This document shows, piece after piece, positions 15,407 to 24,868 of a stretch of 64,000 nucleotides of DNA. This stretch comes from Longimicrobiales bacterium (GTDB lineage: Bacteria > Gemmatimonadota > Gemmatimonadetes > Longimicrobiales > Gaopeijiaceae), in assembly GCA_963422615.1 (NCBI GenBank), contig OY730414.1, positions 558,001 through 622,000 on the forward strand, in the 5' to 3' direction. A program made the position numbers and the translations under genes. How positions within the stretch are numbered: the stretch's first letter is position 1; every line of letters starts with the position of its first letter. Under the pieces are notes generated by a model that saw nothing but the letters and a program-made list of their open reading frames with translations, was not told where the DNA came from and ran no database searches.

Positions 15407-18385
15407 ATGCCCGACACCCGCCTGATCGAACGCTGGCTGCCGATCGCGGCGCTTGGAATCGAGAGCACGCGCGAGCGGACACCGATGACGCCGTTTCCGG
15501 CGCCGAACCGGCTCCACGTCTGGTGGGCCCGGCGGCCGCTGGTGGCGTCGCGGGCGGCGGTGCTGGCCTCCCTGCTGCCGGCGGCCGCGGACCGGGAGAA
15601 GTTCCTGCACGTGCTCGGGATCCATGGGGATCCGGTGGCGACACGGCGGAGAATCGACTTGGCCAAGAGAACAGGACGGAACCTAGGATCCAATCCGTAT
15701 GGTTACAAGCGGGCGTTCACGTACACGCCAACAACGGATGACCGTCGATGGATTGAGCGCGCTGCAGGAGACGCTCTGCGCGTTCCGACAATCCTGGATC
15801 CGACCGCTGGCGGGGGCAGTATCCCGGTAGAGACCCATCGGTTGGGCTATCCGGCGCTCGCGAACGACTTGAACCCGGTAGCAGCTTTGATTCTCAAGGC
15901 AACCCTCAATTGGCCACGCACGTACGGCTCGGCACTGCGAACGCAGTTCGATGAAGTGGCGCGTGAATTCGTGCGCCGAGCGGAACCGAAGTACGAACGT
16001 GTCTTTCCGGCAGAACCTGAAGGCACACGGGTTGTGGGCTACCTCCACGCCCGCACCGTCACCTGCCCCTACTGCGCAGGCCTAGTGCCGCTGTCGCCGA
16101 ACTGGCGCCTAGCACCGGACGGGACGGGGGTGCGGTTGATGCCGGCGTGCGCTGACGGCCCGAGCTCGGAAGGCCGTATCTGTTCGTTCGAGATCGTCGG
16201 GAGCGCGCGCGAGCACTCACCCGGCACGGTGGCGCGCGGGACCGGCACCTGTCCATACCCCGACTGCGGTCGGGTCATCGACGGCAGCGAGATCAAGCAG
16301 CAGGCCCGGGACGGGGAGATGGGGGAACAGCTCTACGCGGTTGTCTACAAGGAGCGGATCAAGACGACGTTGAAGTCCGGCAAGCGCGGGAAGGACAAGT
16401 GGCGTCGTGGCTACCGTGCGCCGCGCCCCGAGGACGACAACGGCGCCGCCATCCGAGCGCGGCTGGAAGAGAAGCTGCCGGAGTGGGAAGCCTTCGACCT
16501 CGTGCCGAGCGAGCGGATACCCGACGGCAACAAGACGACCGAGCCCCAGCGGTATGGCATGAATCGATGGCGCGACCTGTTCTCGCCCCGCCAGCTCCTC
16601 TGCCACGGCACCAGCGTCGAAGTCTTCCGCGAGATGCTGGAGGCCGACCGGGCCGGGGGCCGGCTCGACGAGGTGCGCAAGGCGGCGTACGGGTACTTGG
16701 CGCTCTCGCTGGATACTGTGCTCAACTACAACAATCGGGCAGGGCGCTGGGACAACACGACCGGTCGAGTCCGGTCCATCTTCGATCGCCACGACTTCGC
16801 ATTCGTTTGGTCCTACGCCGAAATGGCTCCCCTCGTCGTTGGTCTCGGCTACCACTGGGCCATCGAAAAGACCGCCAAATGCATCAAGGAGCTCGTCGCG
16901 CTGGTGCGTCCCGAAGCGAACGGCACCGGCCGCCTGTTCGACGACGCCGGCAAGGAAGCTCAGACCCCGCCGCCGGTCACCATCAGCTGCAAGCCCGCCG
17001 ACAGCCTGCACCACATCCAAGACGCCAGCATCGACGCGGTGGTGATGGACCCGCCGTACTACGACAACGTCATGTACGCGGAGCTCTCCGACTTCTTCTA
17101 CGTCTGGCTCAAGCGCACAGCCGGCCACGCCTTTCCCGAGCTCTTCCGCCGTCACCTCACCGACAAGGACAACGAGGCGGTCGCCAACCCGGCCAAGTTC
17201 AAGGGGCAGAAGGGCGCCCGGGCCCTGGCCAGGCAGGACTACCAGGAGCGGATGGCGGCGATCTTTGCCGAGTGCCGGCGGGTGCTGAAGCCCGACGGCA
17301 TCATGACCCTCATGTTCACCCACAAGGCCGCTGGCGCCTGGGACGCCCTCACCGCCGGGCTCATGGAAGCGGGCTTCGTGATCACCGCCTCTTGGCCGAT
17401 CAACACCGAAGCGCCGGGCAGCCTCCACATCAAGGACAAGGCGGCCGCAAACAGCACCATCTTTCTGGCCTGCCGCCCGCGCTCCGGAGAAGACGGGGGC
17501 AACCAGGAAGGCGAAGGCGGCGGGACCGGAGACACCGGAGCCGGAGAGACCGTGTACTGGGAAGACATCGAGCCCGGGGTGGCGAAGGCCGTGCGCGAGC
17601 GGGTCAAGTCGTTCCAGGACGCCGGGATCCGGGGCGTGGATCTGTACCTGGCATCCTTCGGCCCGGCGCTGGAAGAGTTTTTCCGCCACTGGCCGCTGCG
17701 CCGGGGCACCCCCCGGGAGCCGCCTCCGAAGCGCGACCGGCCGGTACAGAAGAAGCTCTCCCAGGAAACCCGGGACCCTTACGCGGCGGTCCCGGAAGAC
17801 GCCCTGGACGTTGCCCGCCGGGAGGTCAAACGGTGGCGGCTGGAGCAGCTCACTCATTTCAAGGCAAGGGACGAACTCGACCCCCCGACCGCCTTCGTCG
17901 TTCTCGCCTGGGACGCCTTCCGGGCCCCCCGGTTCGCCTACGACGAGGCGCTCAAGCTGGCCCGGGCCGTCGGGGTCGACCTGGACCGGGAGGTGACCGG
18001 CCGCCTGGCGGCGAAGAAGGCCAGTAACCTCGTCCTCTGGAACAGCACGGAGCGCGCGGCAAAGGGGGCCCTCGGCCCCGCCGGAGGGTCCCGGGGCATG
18101 ATCGACGCACTTCACCACGCGGCCCACACGGCCCGGACGCGCTCCCTCGAGGCGGCCCGGGAGCGGGTGGCCCAGGCTCGGGCCGACCGGGACCCGCGCT
18201 TCTTCGTGGCCCTGGAAGCCCTGCTGGAAGTGCTTCCCGTCTCCAAGTCCTTTACCGGATACGACCTGCCAACGGGCTTGGCGGGCGCGTCCAGCGACTT
18301 CGAGGCCCTGTACAACCTGTACCGGCTCGCGTACACCGACAAGATCGACGAACCCGAACAGCTCAAGCTCTGGCGGGACGAGTGA
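15407..18385 (+). CDS. DUF1156 amino-methyltransferase with Zn ribbon (component 3)
   Basis: LHVWWARRPL, motif I DPTAGGGSIP, CPYC...CPYPDC zinc ribbon, catalytic DPPYYDN and FTHK...AW. Confidence 0.93.
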   Translation: MPDTRLIERWLPIAALGIESTRERTPMTPFPAPNRLHVWWARRPLVASRAAVLASLLPAAADREKFLHVLGIHGDPVATRRRIDLAKRTGRNLGSNPYGYKRAFTYTPTTDDRRWIERAAGDALRVPTILDPTAGGGSIPVETHRLGYPALANDLNPVAALILKATLNWPRTYGSALRTQFDEVAREFVRRAEPKYERVFPAEPEGTRVVGYLHARTVTCPYCAGLVPLSPNWRLAPDGTGVRLMPACADGPSSEGRICSFEIVGSAREHSPGTVARGTGTCPYPDCGRVIDGSEIKQQARDGEMGEQLYAVVYKERIKTTLKSGKRGKDKWRRGYRAPRPEDDNGAAIRARLEEKLPEWEAFDLVPSERIPDGNKTTEPQRYGMNRWRDLFSPRQLLCHGTSVEVFREMLEADRAGGRLDEVRKAAYGYLALSLDTVLNYNNRAGRWDNTTGRVRSIFDRHDFAFVWSYAEMAPLVVGLGYHWAIEKTAKCIKELVALVRPEANGTGRLFDDAGKEAQTPPPVTISCKPADSLHHIQDASIDAVVMDPPYYDNVMYAELSDFFYVWLKRTAGHAFPELFRRHLTDKDNEAVANPAKFKGQKGARALARQDYQERMAAIFAECRRVLKPDGIMTLMFTHKAAGAWDALTAGLMEAGFVITASWPINTEAPGSLHIKDKAAANSTIFLACRPRSGEDGGNQEGEGGGTGDTGAGETVYWEDIEPGVAKAVRERVKSFQDAGIRGVDLYLASFGPALEEFFRHWPLRRGTPREPPPKRDRPVQKKLSQETRDPYAAVPEDALDVARREVKRWRLEQLTHFKARDELDPPTAFVVLAWDAFRAPRFAYDEALKLARAVGVDLDREVTGRLAAKKASNLVLWNSTERAAKGALGPAGGSRGMIDALHHAAHTARTRSLEAARERVAQARADRDPRFFVALEALLEVLPVSKSFTGYDLPTGLAGASSDFEALYNLYRLAYTDKIDEPEQLKLWRDE

Positions 18386-18510
18386 TCCGGTCGGTTTGAA
18401 CCGCTTCCACTTTTCAGGTACTGCCGACGGATCTATCGTTTCAGCCAGCCCGAGACCCGACCCTACCAGCAGGATGGGAAGCCTTGAGCGACGAGAGGGA
18501 GGCTGACGTA

Positions 18511-19701
18511 ATGTCCGACGCTCCAGAAAACAGGCCGCTGCACCTTCCGGATCTGTCGATCAAGGCGTTTCGCGGAATCGCGGACCTCTCCATTCCGCGT
18601 TTGGGCCGCGTAACTTTGATAACTGGCCGGAACGGCGTCGGCAAGACCACCGTGCTCGAAGCCGTGCGGATCTACGCGGCTCGTGGCCGCTACGGTGCTT
18701 GGTCCGATCTCTTGGGAGGGCGTGAAGAGTTCTCGCAACCGTCGGACGACGTTGAGGAAGGCCTTTTATCAGTATCCCCTTTGTCAGTATCCCCTTTCGA
18801 ATGGAGCGCACTCTTTTTCGGCCGAGATCCGTCAGGAACACCGGGCATCTCCATCGGTCCGGCGAACGATCTGGCTGAAACCGTCAGGCTCGAAACACAA
18901 CCCTTGGGTGAAGAGCTCGAACCTTTGCCAGTTCGGTTGCCTCCAGAGTTACTATCGAGTGGCAGGAACCTTGGACTCAAGGTTCTATTCCGGAACTCCG
19001 AGCACATTCTGCCGCTGCTCCTGCACATAGATGAGGAAAGCCATTACTACAACATTCGCAAACGCTCTCCGGACATGTGGCCGGCCGGAATCAGGTGCGA
19101 AGCCCTCGGTCCCGGCTTGTTGACCAACGTCGAGATGGCGCGTTACTGGGATAAGGTCGCGCTTACTGATGATGAAGACCGGGCCGTAAAAGCCGTAAAT
19201 ATGGTTCTGGGGAACGGGGTAGAACGCATTGCAATGGTTGGCGGAGACGGGCGACGGCCCTCCCCGCCGCCGATGTACCGGCGGTCGCGCTACCCGGGAA
19301 ACCATCGACGCGTGATCGTGAAGCTGAACGGTCACGCCCACCGGGTTCCTCTCACGAGCCTTGGCGACGGGGCTGTGCGCTCGTTCGCCGTCGCCCTGAC
19401 CCTTGCCAATAGCCGCAACGGATTTCTTGTCATCGACGAAGCCGAGAATGGCATCCACCATTCCGTGCAGTCCAACTTCTGGCGCATGATCTTGCGAACG
19501 GCTTGCGCGAACAACATGCAGGTTCTGGCGACGACACACAGCTGGGATTGCGTGAGGGGTTTCGCTCGAGCAACGGAGGATCTCGACGCCGCCGAGGGCA
19601 TTCTGATTCGTCTTGAGAAAGATGGCGAGAGCGTTCGGGCTGTCCAGTATTCGAGGGGCGCACTCCGAGCTGCGGCCGAGCACGGAATCGAGGTGAGGTA
19701 G
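18511..19701 (+). CDS. ABC-type AAA_15/AAA_21 family ATPase
   Basis: GGAGG RBS; IKAFRGI, Walker A GRNGVGKT, signature SLGDG, Walker B/D-loop LVIDEAENGIH, H-loop ATTHS, C-terminal IEVR. Confidence 0.9.
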   Translation: MSDAPENRPLHLPDLSIKAFRGIADLSIPRLGRVTLITGRNGVGKTTVLEAVRIYAARGRYGAWSDLLGGREEFSQPSDDVEEGLLSVSPLSVSPFEWSALFFGRDPSGTPGISIGPANDLAETVRLETQPLGEELEPLPVRLPPELLSSGRNLGLKVLFRNSEHILPLLLHIDEESHYYNIRKRSPDMWPAGIRCEALGPGLLTNVEMARYWDKVALTDDEDRAVKAVNMVLGNGVERIAMVGGDGRRPSPPPMYRRSRYPGNHRRVIVKLNGHAHRVPLTSLGDGAVRSFAVALTLANSRNGFLVIDEAENGIHHSVQSNFWRMILRTACANNMQVLATTHSWDCVRGFARATEDLDAAEGILIRLEKDGESVRAVQYSRGALRAAAEHGIEVR

Positions 19702-20122
19702 CTCTTGGCACACCGTGAAGGCAGAGCTGGCCAAGGTGAAGATCGATCCCCTCCAACCCGATTCGGCCGGCATCATCGTTGACGGCACTGACGTGCATCC
19801 CCGCATTGGCATCTGGCTGATGCCGGACAATGAGTCGCGCGGTGAACTCGAGGACTTCATCCGTCGGATGATTCCCGCCGACGATCCTGTCTGGTCCTTG
19901 GCTTCGCATTACATCGACAGCATCCCGACGGAGCACCGGAAGTTCAAAACCGCGAAGAATGAGAAAGCCAAGGTCTATGCTTGGCTTGCCGCCCGAAAGA
20001 AGCCCTCCCGCATGGGGGCGGCGATGAGTGCCGGGGATCTTTGTATCGATCAAGAGATCGCCATGAAATTTGCGTGTTGGCTGCGGAGGCTGTTCGCCTG
20101 GCCTGCCACCAAATGGTACTGA
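19702..20122 (+). pseudogene. DUF3226-like (TOPRIM-type) protein lacking its N-terminal part
   Basis: SWHTVKAEL...P..AGII...RIGIWLMPDN..GELEDF...KAKVYAWLA...F..WLRRLF. The expected N-terminal VEG..D and DAD acidic motifs are absent, and an in-frame TGA lies at 19694-19696. Confidence 0.72.
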
Positions 20123-20187
20123 TCGCGCTTGACAAGCAAATCGGGAGATTCCGGATGAGTCTCGCCTCGGACGTAGAGGCCTGACAG

Positions 20188-23100
20188 ATGCTGGCGGACA
20201 AGAACTGGGAACTCAAGTACACCCGTGACGACGGCGATCTGGTTCGGCGCTTCTACGTCCCGGCGCTCAAAGACGCCGTGCGCTACGACCGACTGACGGG
20301 ATACTTCGGCGCCACCGCCCTCGCGCTGGCGGCGCGGGGGATCGAGGGACTGGTGCGGAACGGCGGAACCATGCGCCTCGTGGTCGGATGCACCTTGAAG
20401 CCCGGCGAGATCGAGGCAATCCAGGAGGGCGAGAGGCTGCGCGACCTGGTTGAGGAGCATCTGGCGGAGTCGCCCCTTGAAGCTCCCGACGACGGGGCCA
20501 AGGACGCTCTGGAGCTGTTGGCGTGGATGGTCGCCCGGGGACACTTGGAAGTCAAAGTTGCGGTTCCGTGCGATGCCCGGCAAAGGCCGGTGCCCGACGA
20601 CAGCATCTTCCACGAGAAGACCGGCATCATCGAAGACCAGGCAGGCGACAGGATCGCCTGGTCCGGCAGCCTGAACGAGACCGAAGCGGGCTGGCGGCGG
20701 AACTGGGAGGGCATCAACGTTTTCACCAGCTGGGGAGACCGAGCGCGGGTCGCGGTTGAGGAGGACAACTTTCGCAGCATATGGAACGACGAAGTCGGCA
20801 GCGTGATCGTCATCGATGTGCCGGAAGCGGTCCGCCGGGACCTGTTGCGCTTTCTGCCCCAAGACGGCGGCGTCCCGGCTAGCCTGAAGAGCACCGACCT
20901 CGAATACTGCCCGCCCCGGGTTCCCAAATCACATGTAAGGGCACCCTCCGGGGACTTCGCGACCAAGGACCCGTCCTACGGCCGCCGCGCCCGCGTCTGG
21001 TCCTTCATCGCCCAGGCGCCGTCGTTGCCTCCTGGCGGCGCCCGCGTCGGCGAGGCGACTGCTGCCGTCACGCCGTGGCCGCACCAGGTCCGCGCCTTCC
21101 ACCGTCTCTACGACAAGTGGCCGCCGCGGTTGCTGATCGCCGACGAGGTCGGGCTCGGCAAGACCATCCAGGCGGGGCTGCTGCTTCGCCAGGCGTGGCT
21201 ATCCGGCCGCGCCAAGCGCATCCTCGTCATGGCGCCGAAGGCCGTGCTAGGGCAGTGGCAGACCGAGCTGCACGAGAAGTTCAACCTCAACTGGCCCATC
21301 TACGACGCAGGGACGCTGGCTTGGCGGGAGTCGCCAGCCTGGAAGGGACGGGCGATCCGGCGCGTCGACGAGGACCGCTGGCACGAAGAGCCCGCCGTGA
21401 TCGCGTCCAGCCATCTCATGCGGCGCAAGGAGCGGCGCAACGTTCTCCTGAAGGAAGCCGCCCCCTGGGATCTGGTCGTCCTTGACGAAGCCCACCACGC
21501 CCGCCGGCGCGGGGCGGGAAGCACGGGAAAATACCAACCGAACACGCTGCTTCGGCTCATGCTTGGGTTGCGTCTTCGTACAGAAGGGCTCCTCCTCCTG
21601 ACCGCGACGCCCATGCAGGTCCATCCCGTCGAGCTCTGGGACCTCCTGGACCTCTTGGGACTTCCGCCGGAGTGGAAAGAGGGCGCCTTCCTCGATTTCT
21701 TCGAGAAGGAACGCCCCGACCCGTCCGCCGCCGCATTCGACCGGATGGCCCACCTCTTTCAGGCTGCCGAGCGGTACTACGGCGCCGACAGAGAGGACGG
21801 CCGACTCCTTGCCGAATTGGACGGCGCGGAGGCGGGGTCAGACCCCCCAAAGCCCGGCTTGACCCGCATGCAGGGCAGGCGGATTCTGCGCGCGCTTCGG
21901 GACGAGGCCGCAACCCCCCGGCGTCAGCTGAGCTCCACGTTGCGCGAAGCGGCAGTCCGCCTGATCCGGTCGAACACGCCGGTTCGGTACCTGGTTTCCC
22001 GCCACACCCGGGAGAGGCTCCGGCGGTACCACCAGGCCGGGCTCCTGGCGTCCCGGATCGCCCAGCGCAGCGTCGAAGATCGTTTCGTGAAGATGACCCC
22101 AGACGAACGTTCGTTGTACAGGGCAGTCGAAGGCTACATCGCGACGACGTACAAGCGCGCGTCCGACCACGAGCGCAGGGCGGTGGGCTTCGTCATGACG
22201 GTCTACCGCCGCCGCCTCGCGAGCAGCTTCCACGCCCTGCGCAACACTCTCCGGCGGCGTCTGAACCCCGTCAAGGGCGGGCAGCCCACCGGGGCGACCG
22301 CGGACGAGGACGTGTCGGACGACGAGCTGTGGGACAATGATTCCGCGCCGGACCCGGACGAGGTTCGGGGGCTGGAGAAGGTGGCGCGAAGCGCGGAGGA
22401 AGAGGCCGTCGTCCGCCGTCTGCTGGCACAGGTCGACAGGCTCCCTTCCGACAGCAAGGTCGGGGTGCTCAAGGACGTGCTCGATTCGCTCCGTTCCGAC
22501 GGCTACCCGGTGATGGTGTTCACCCAGTACACGGACACGATGGACTTCCTGCGGGAGGAGCTCGGGAAGGAGACCTGCCTGGCGCTCATGTGCTATTCGG
22601 GGCGAGGAGGCGAGGCCCCCGGCGCCGGAGGCACATGGAGCACGATCAGCCGCAGCGGGGCCAAACGGCGCTTCCGCAAAGGCGAAGCCGATGTCCTGCT
22701 GTGCACCGAGGCCGCCGCGGAGGGGCTCAACTTCCAGTTCTGCGGCGCCCTGGTCAACTACGACATGCCCTGGAACCCCATGCGGGTGGAGCAGCGCATC
22801 GGCCGGATCGACCGGGTCGGCCAGCACCACTCCGTCATCCGGATTATCAACCTCCACTACGAAGACACGGTGGAAACCGACATCTACCGGGTGCTGCAAG
22901 AACGCATCGGGCTGTTCACGAATACGGTGGGCCGGCTTCAGCCGATCCTGGCCCGGCTGCCGGGGAAAATCTCCCGGGCCGTACTCACCGGCAGGGGACA
23001 GAACGGTGACGGCAGGGAAGGGGTGGTCAAGTCGGTGGAGCAGGACTGCGAAGCGTCCACGGGCCTGGACATTGACGCCGCACTGGGCAATTTGCCGGGG

Positions 23101-23406
23101 ATTCGTGAACGCCCACCGTCACCGGTCACTATGAAAGACCTTGACCGGGTGATCCGGTCACCGGAGCTGATGCCGCCCGGAACCGAGGTCCGATCGATGA
23201 AAGATCGTGAATATGTGGTGCAGGCTCCGGGAACGGGAGAGCCCGTGAGGGTGACGACGGACCGGGACTACTACGAGGAGCACGCCGACAGCGTAGAGTT
23301 CTGGTCACCGGGGAATACCCTCTTCCCGGCCCCCGAACACCACCGGACAGCCAACCAGCAGAAGTGGCCGCCAGGCACGACGCTGGAGGATGTTCTGAAG
23401 GGCTGA
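20188..23406 (+). CDS. PLD-like nuclease fused to SNF2 helicase (component 4)
   Basis: YDRLTGYF, FHEKTGIIED...SGSLNET (HxK PLD motif), LLIADEVGLGKT, DEAHH, LTATP, EGLNFQ and WNPMRVEQRIGRIDRVGQ. Confidence 0.93.
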   Translation: MLADKNWELKYTRDDGDLVRRFYVPALKDAVRYDRLTGYFGATALALAARGIEGLVRNGGTMRLVVGCTLKPGEIEAIQEGERLRDLVEEHLAESPLEAPDDGAKDALELLAWMVARGHLEVKVAVPCDARQRPVPDDSIFHEKTGIIEDQAGDRIAWSGSLNETEAGWRRNWEGINVFTSWGDRARVAVEEDNFRSIWNDEVGSVIVIDVPEAVRRDLLRFLPQDGGVPASLKSTDLEYCPPRVPKSHVRAPSGDFATKDPSYGRRARVWSFIAQAPSLPPGGARVGEATAAVTPWPHQVRAFHRLYDKWPPRLLIADEVGLGKTIQAGLLLRQAWLSGRAKRILVMAPKAVLGQWQTELHEKFNLNWPIYDAGTLAWRESPAWKGRAIRRVDEDRWHEEPAVIASSHLMRRKERRNVLLKEAAPWDLVVLDEAHHARRRGAGSTGKYQPNTLLRLMLGLRLRTEGLLLLTATPMQVHPVELWDLLDLLGLPPEWKEGAFLDFFEKERPDPSAAAFDRMAHLFQAAERYYGADREDGRLLAELDGAEAGSDPPKPGLTRMQGRRILRALRDEAATPRRQLSSTLREAAVRLIRSNTPVRYLVSRHTRERLRRYHQAGLLASRIAQRSVEDRFVKMTPDERSLYRAVEGYIATTYKRASDHERRAVGFVMTVYRRRLASSFHALRNTLRRRLNPVKGGQPTGATADEDVSDDELWDNDSAPDPDEVRGLEKVARSAEEEAVVRRLLAQVDRLPSDSKVGVLKDVLDSLRSDGYPVMVFTQYTDTMDFLREELGKETCLALMCYSGRGGEAPGAGGTWSTISRSGAKRRFRKGEADVLLCTEAAAEGLNFQFCGALVNYDMPWNPMRVEQRIGRIDRVGQHHSVIRIINLHYEDTVETDIYRVLQERIGLFTNTVGRLQPILARLPGKISRAVLTGRGQNGDGREGVVKSVEQDCEASTGLDIDAALGNLPGIRERPPSPVTMKDLDRVIRSPELMPPGTEVRSMKDREYVVQAPGTGEPVRVTTDRDYYEEHADSVEFWSPGNTLFPAPEHHRTANQQKWPPGTTLEDVLKG

Positions 23407-23500
23407 AGCGCAAAGGGAGGACGACCAGACACTCCCCACTCCCCGTTGGGCGGCTTGGCTACCGCTTCCCGGCGTGTAGCCAGTGCTTGCCGGCCCCCCG

Positions 23501-24622
23501 CTAGGCCACCACCCTCTGCCCCAACCCCGCTCCCAACCGTTCCAGAGCCCGGACCAGCTCCCCTTCTGGCAGCCCGAATCCGATGCGCAACGTCGACTCG
23601 ATTCCGAAGTGGGCCCCGGGCACGACCAGCAGGCTATGCTCCGCCCGCAGCCGCTCGACCAGGGCCAGAGAATCGATCTCCCGGTGATACCGCGTCAGGC
23701 AGATGGCCCCGGCGTCGGGGCGCGTGTAGCTGAACATCCCGCCCTGGGCTTCCATCCATTCCGTGAGCACGGTGAGGTTGCGGCGGATGATGCCCCGGGT
23801 CCGCTCGATGACTTTGGGGCGGATGCCGGGGGATAGGGCGACGATCGCCAGGGCGTCGGAGAGAGACGGGGGCGCGATGGTGGTGTAGTCGGTCCGTGCC
23901 CACAGTCGATCCGCCACATCCTCCGGCCCCACCACCCAGCCCAGCCTCAGGCCGGGAAGTCCGTACGCTTTGGACAGGGTGTTGGTCACCAGGACCTTGT
24001 CGTAGCGACCCCAGAAGCTGGGGACGGGCCCCGGTCCGACCTCGGTACCTCGGTACACTTCGTCCGCGAGGATCCAGGCGCCCCACCTATCCGCCAACGT
24101 GACGATATCGTCCATCTCCTCCGAGGTCAGGGCCACGCCCGTCGGGTTGTTGGGGTTCGTCACCAAGATGAACCCCGCCCCGGCTTTCAGGGCCGACGCC
24201 AGTTCGTCCAGGTCCAGGCGCCAGCCCGTTTCTTCGCGGAGGCGGAAGGGGAGCACGCCCCCTTTGAAGTTTTCCACCAGCCCCGGCACTTGCATGTAGT
24301 TGGGAAGCATGACGGCCGCCGACTTCCCTCCCTCTGCCAACTCCCAGAAGGCCACGAAGTTGGCTTCGGCGCCACCGATGGTAACCACCACCGAACGGTC
24401 CGATGCCCCGGGGTACAGCTTCGCGATCAGGGACCGGAGCTCGTCGGAACCGTTGGACTGGCCGTACCCCAGGCGGACTTGCGAGAGGCCGATCGACGGG
24501 TCGGCGTGGGAAAGCAGTTCACCGACAGTCATCGGGTGCACGCCGCTCTCCGACAAGTTGTATTCGACCCTGTGTTCGTAGGTGGACTGCCACCGCTCCA
24601 TTCGGAAGGGGGTGAATCCCAT
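23501..24622 (-). CDS. PLP-dependent aminotransferase class I/II
   Basis: AGGAG RBS before ATG 24622; FRMERWQS, NLSESG, NPNNPTG, ADEVY and SKAYGLPGLRLGW. Confidence 0.93.
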   Translation of the reverse strand: MGFTPFRMERWQSTYEHRVEYNLSESGVHPMTVGELLSHADPSIGLSQVRLGYGQSNGSDELRSLIAKLYPGASDRSVVVTIGGAEANFVAFWELAEGGKSAAVMLPNYMQVPGLVENFKGGVLPFRLREETGWRLDLDELASALKAGAGFILVTNPNNPTGVALTSEEMDDIVTLADRWGAWILADEVYRGTEVGPGPVPSFWGRYDKVLVTNTLSKAYGLPGLRLGWVVGPEDVADRLWARTDYTTIAPPSLSDALAIVALSPGIRPKVIERTRGIIRRNLTVLTEWMEAQGGMFSYTRPDAGAICLTRYHREIDSLALVERLRAEHSLLVVPGAHFGIESTLRIGFGLPEGELVRALERLGAGLGQRVVA

Positions 24623-24868
24623 CTCTTCGTCTCCTCGTCGTGGCTGGATGCCCGGGATACCGGGTTCAAGGACCTTGGAGCTTGGACGAGCACAAGGTGA
24701 TCCAACCGGGAATGGAACTTGGGAATATGACGCGTCGTACCCCGTTTCGGGAGGGCAGCGTTCGGTCCGTCTTCGTGCCGCAGCTCGTTCGCGTCCCTTG
24801 GCTCCCTTATGTTGTTGGGTGACGAACGGCCCGCCTTCCGAGCCGACCACTTTGCCCGGGCGCTCCTG

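Noticed and set aside
20123..20187. TTGACA at 20129 as an internal promoter for the helicase
   Set aside because: No plausible -10 element at 16-18 nt spacing.
11329..23500. Flanking att sites or transposon ends for the defence locus
   Set aside because: Only short C-rich similarities between 11329-11465 and 23407-23500; no convincing repeat or recombinase by eye.
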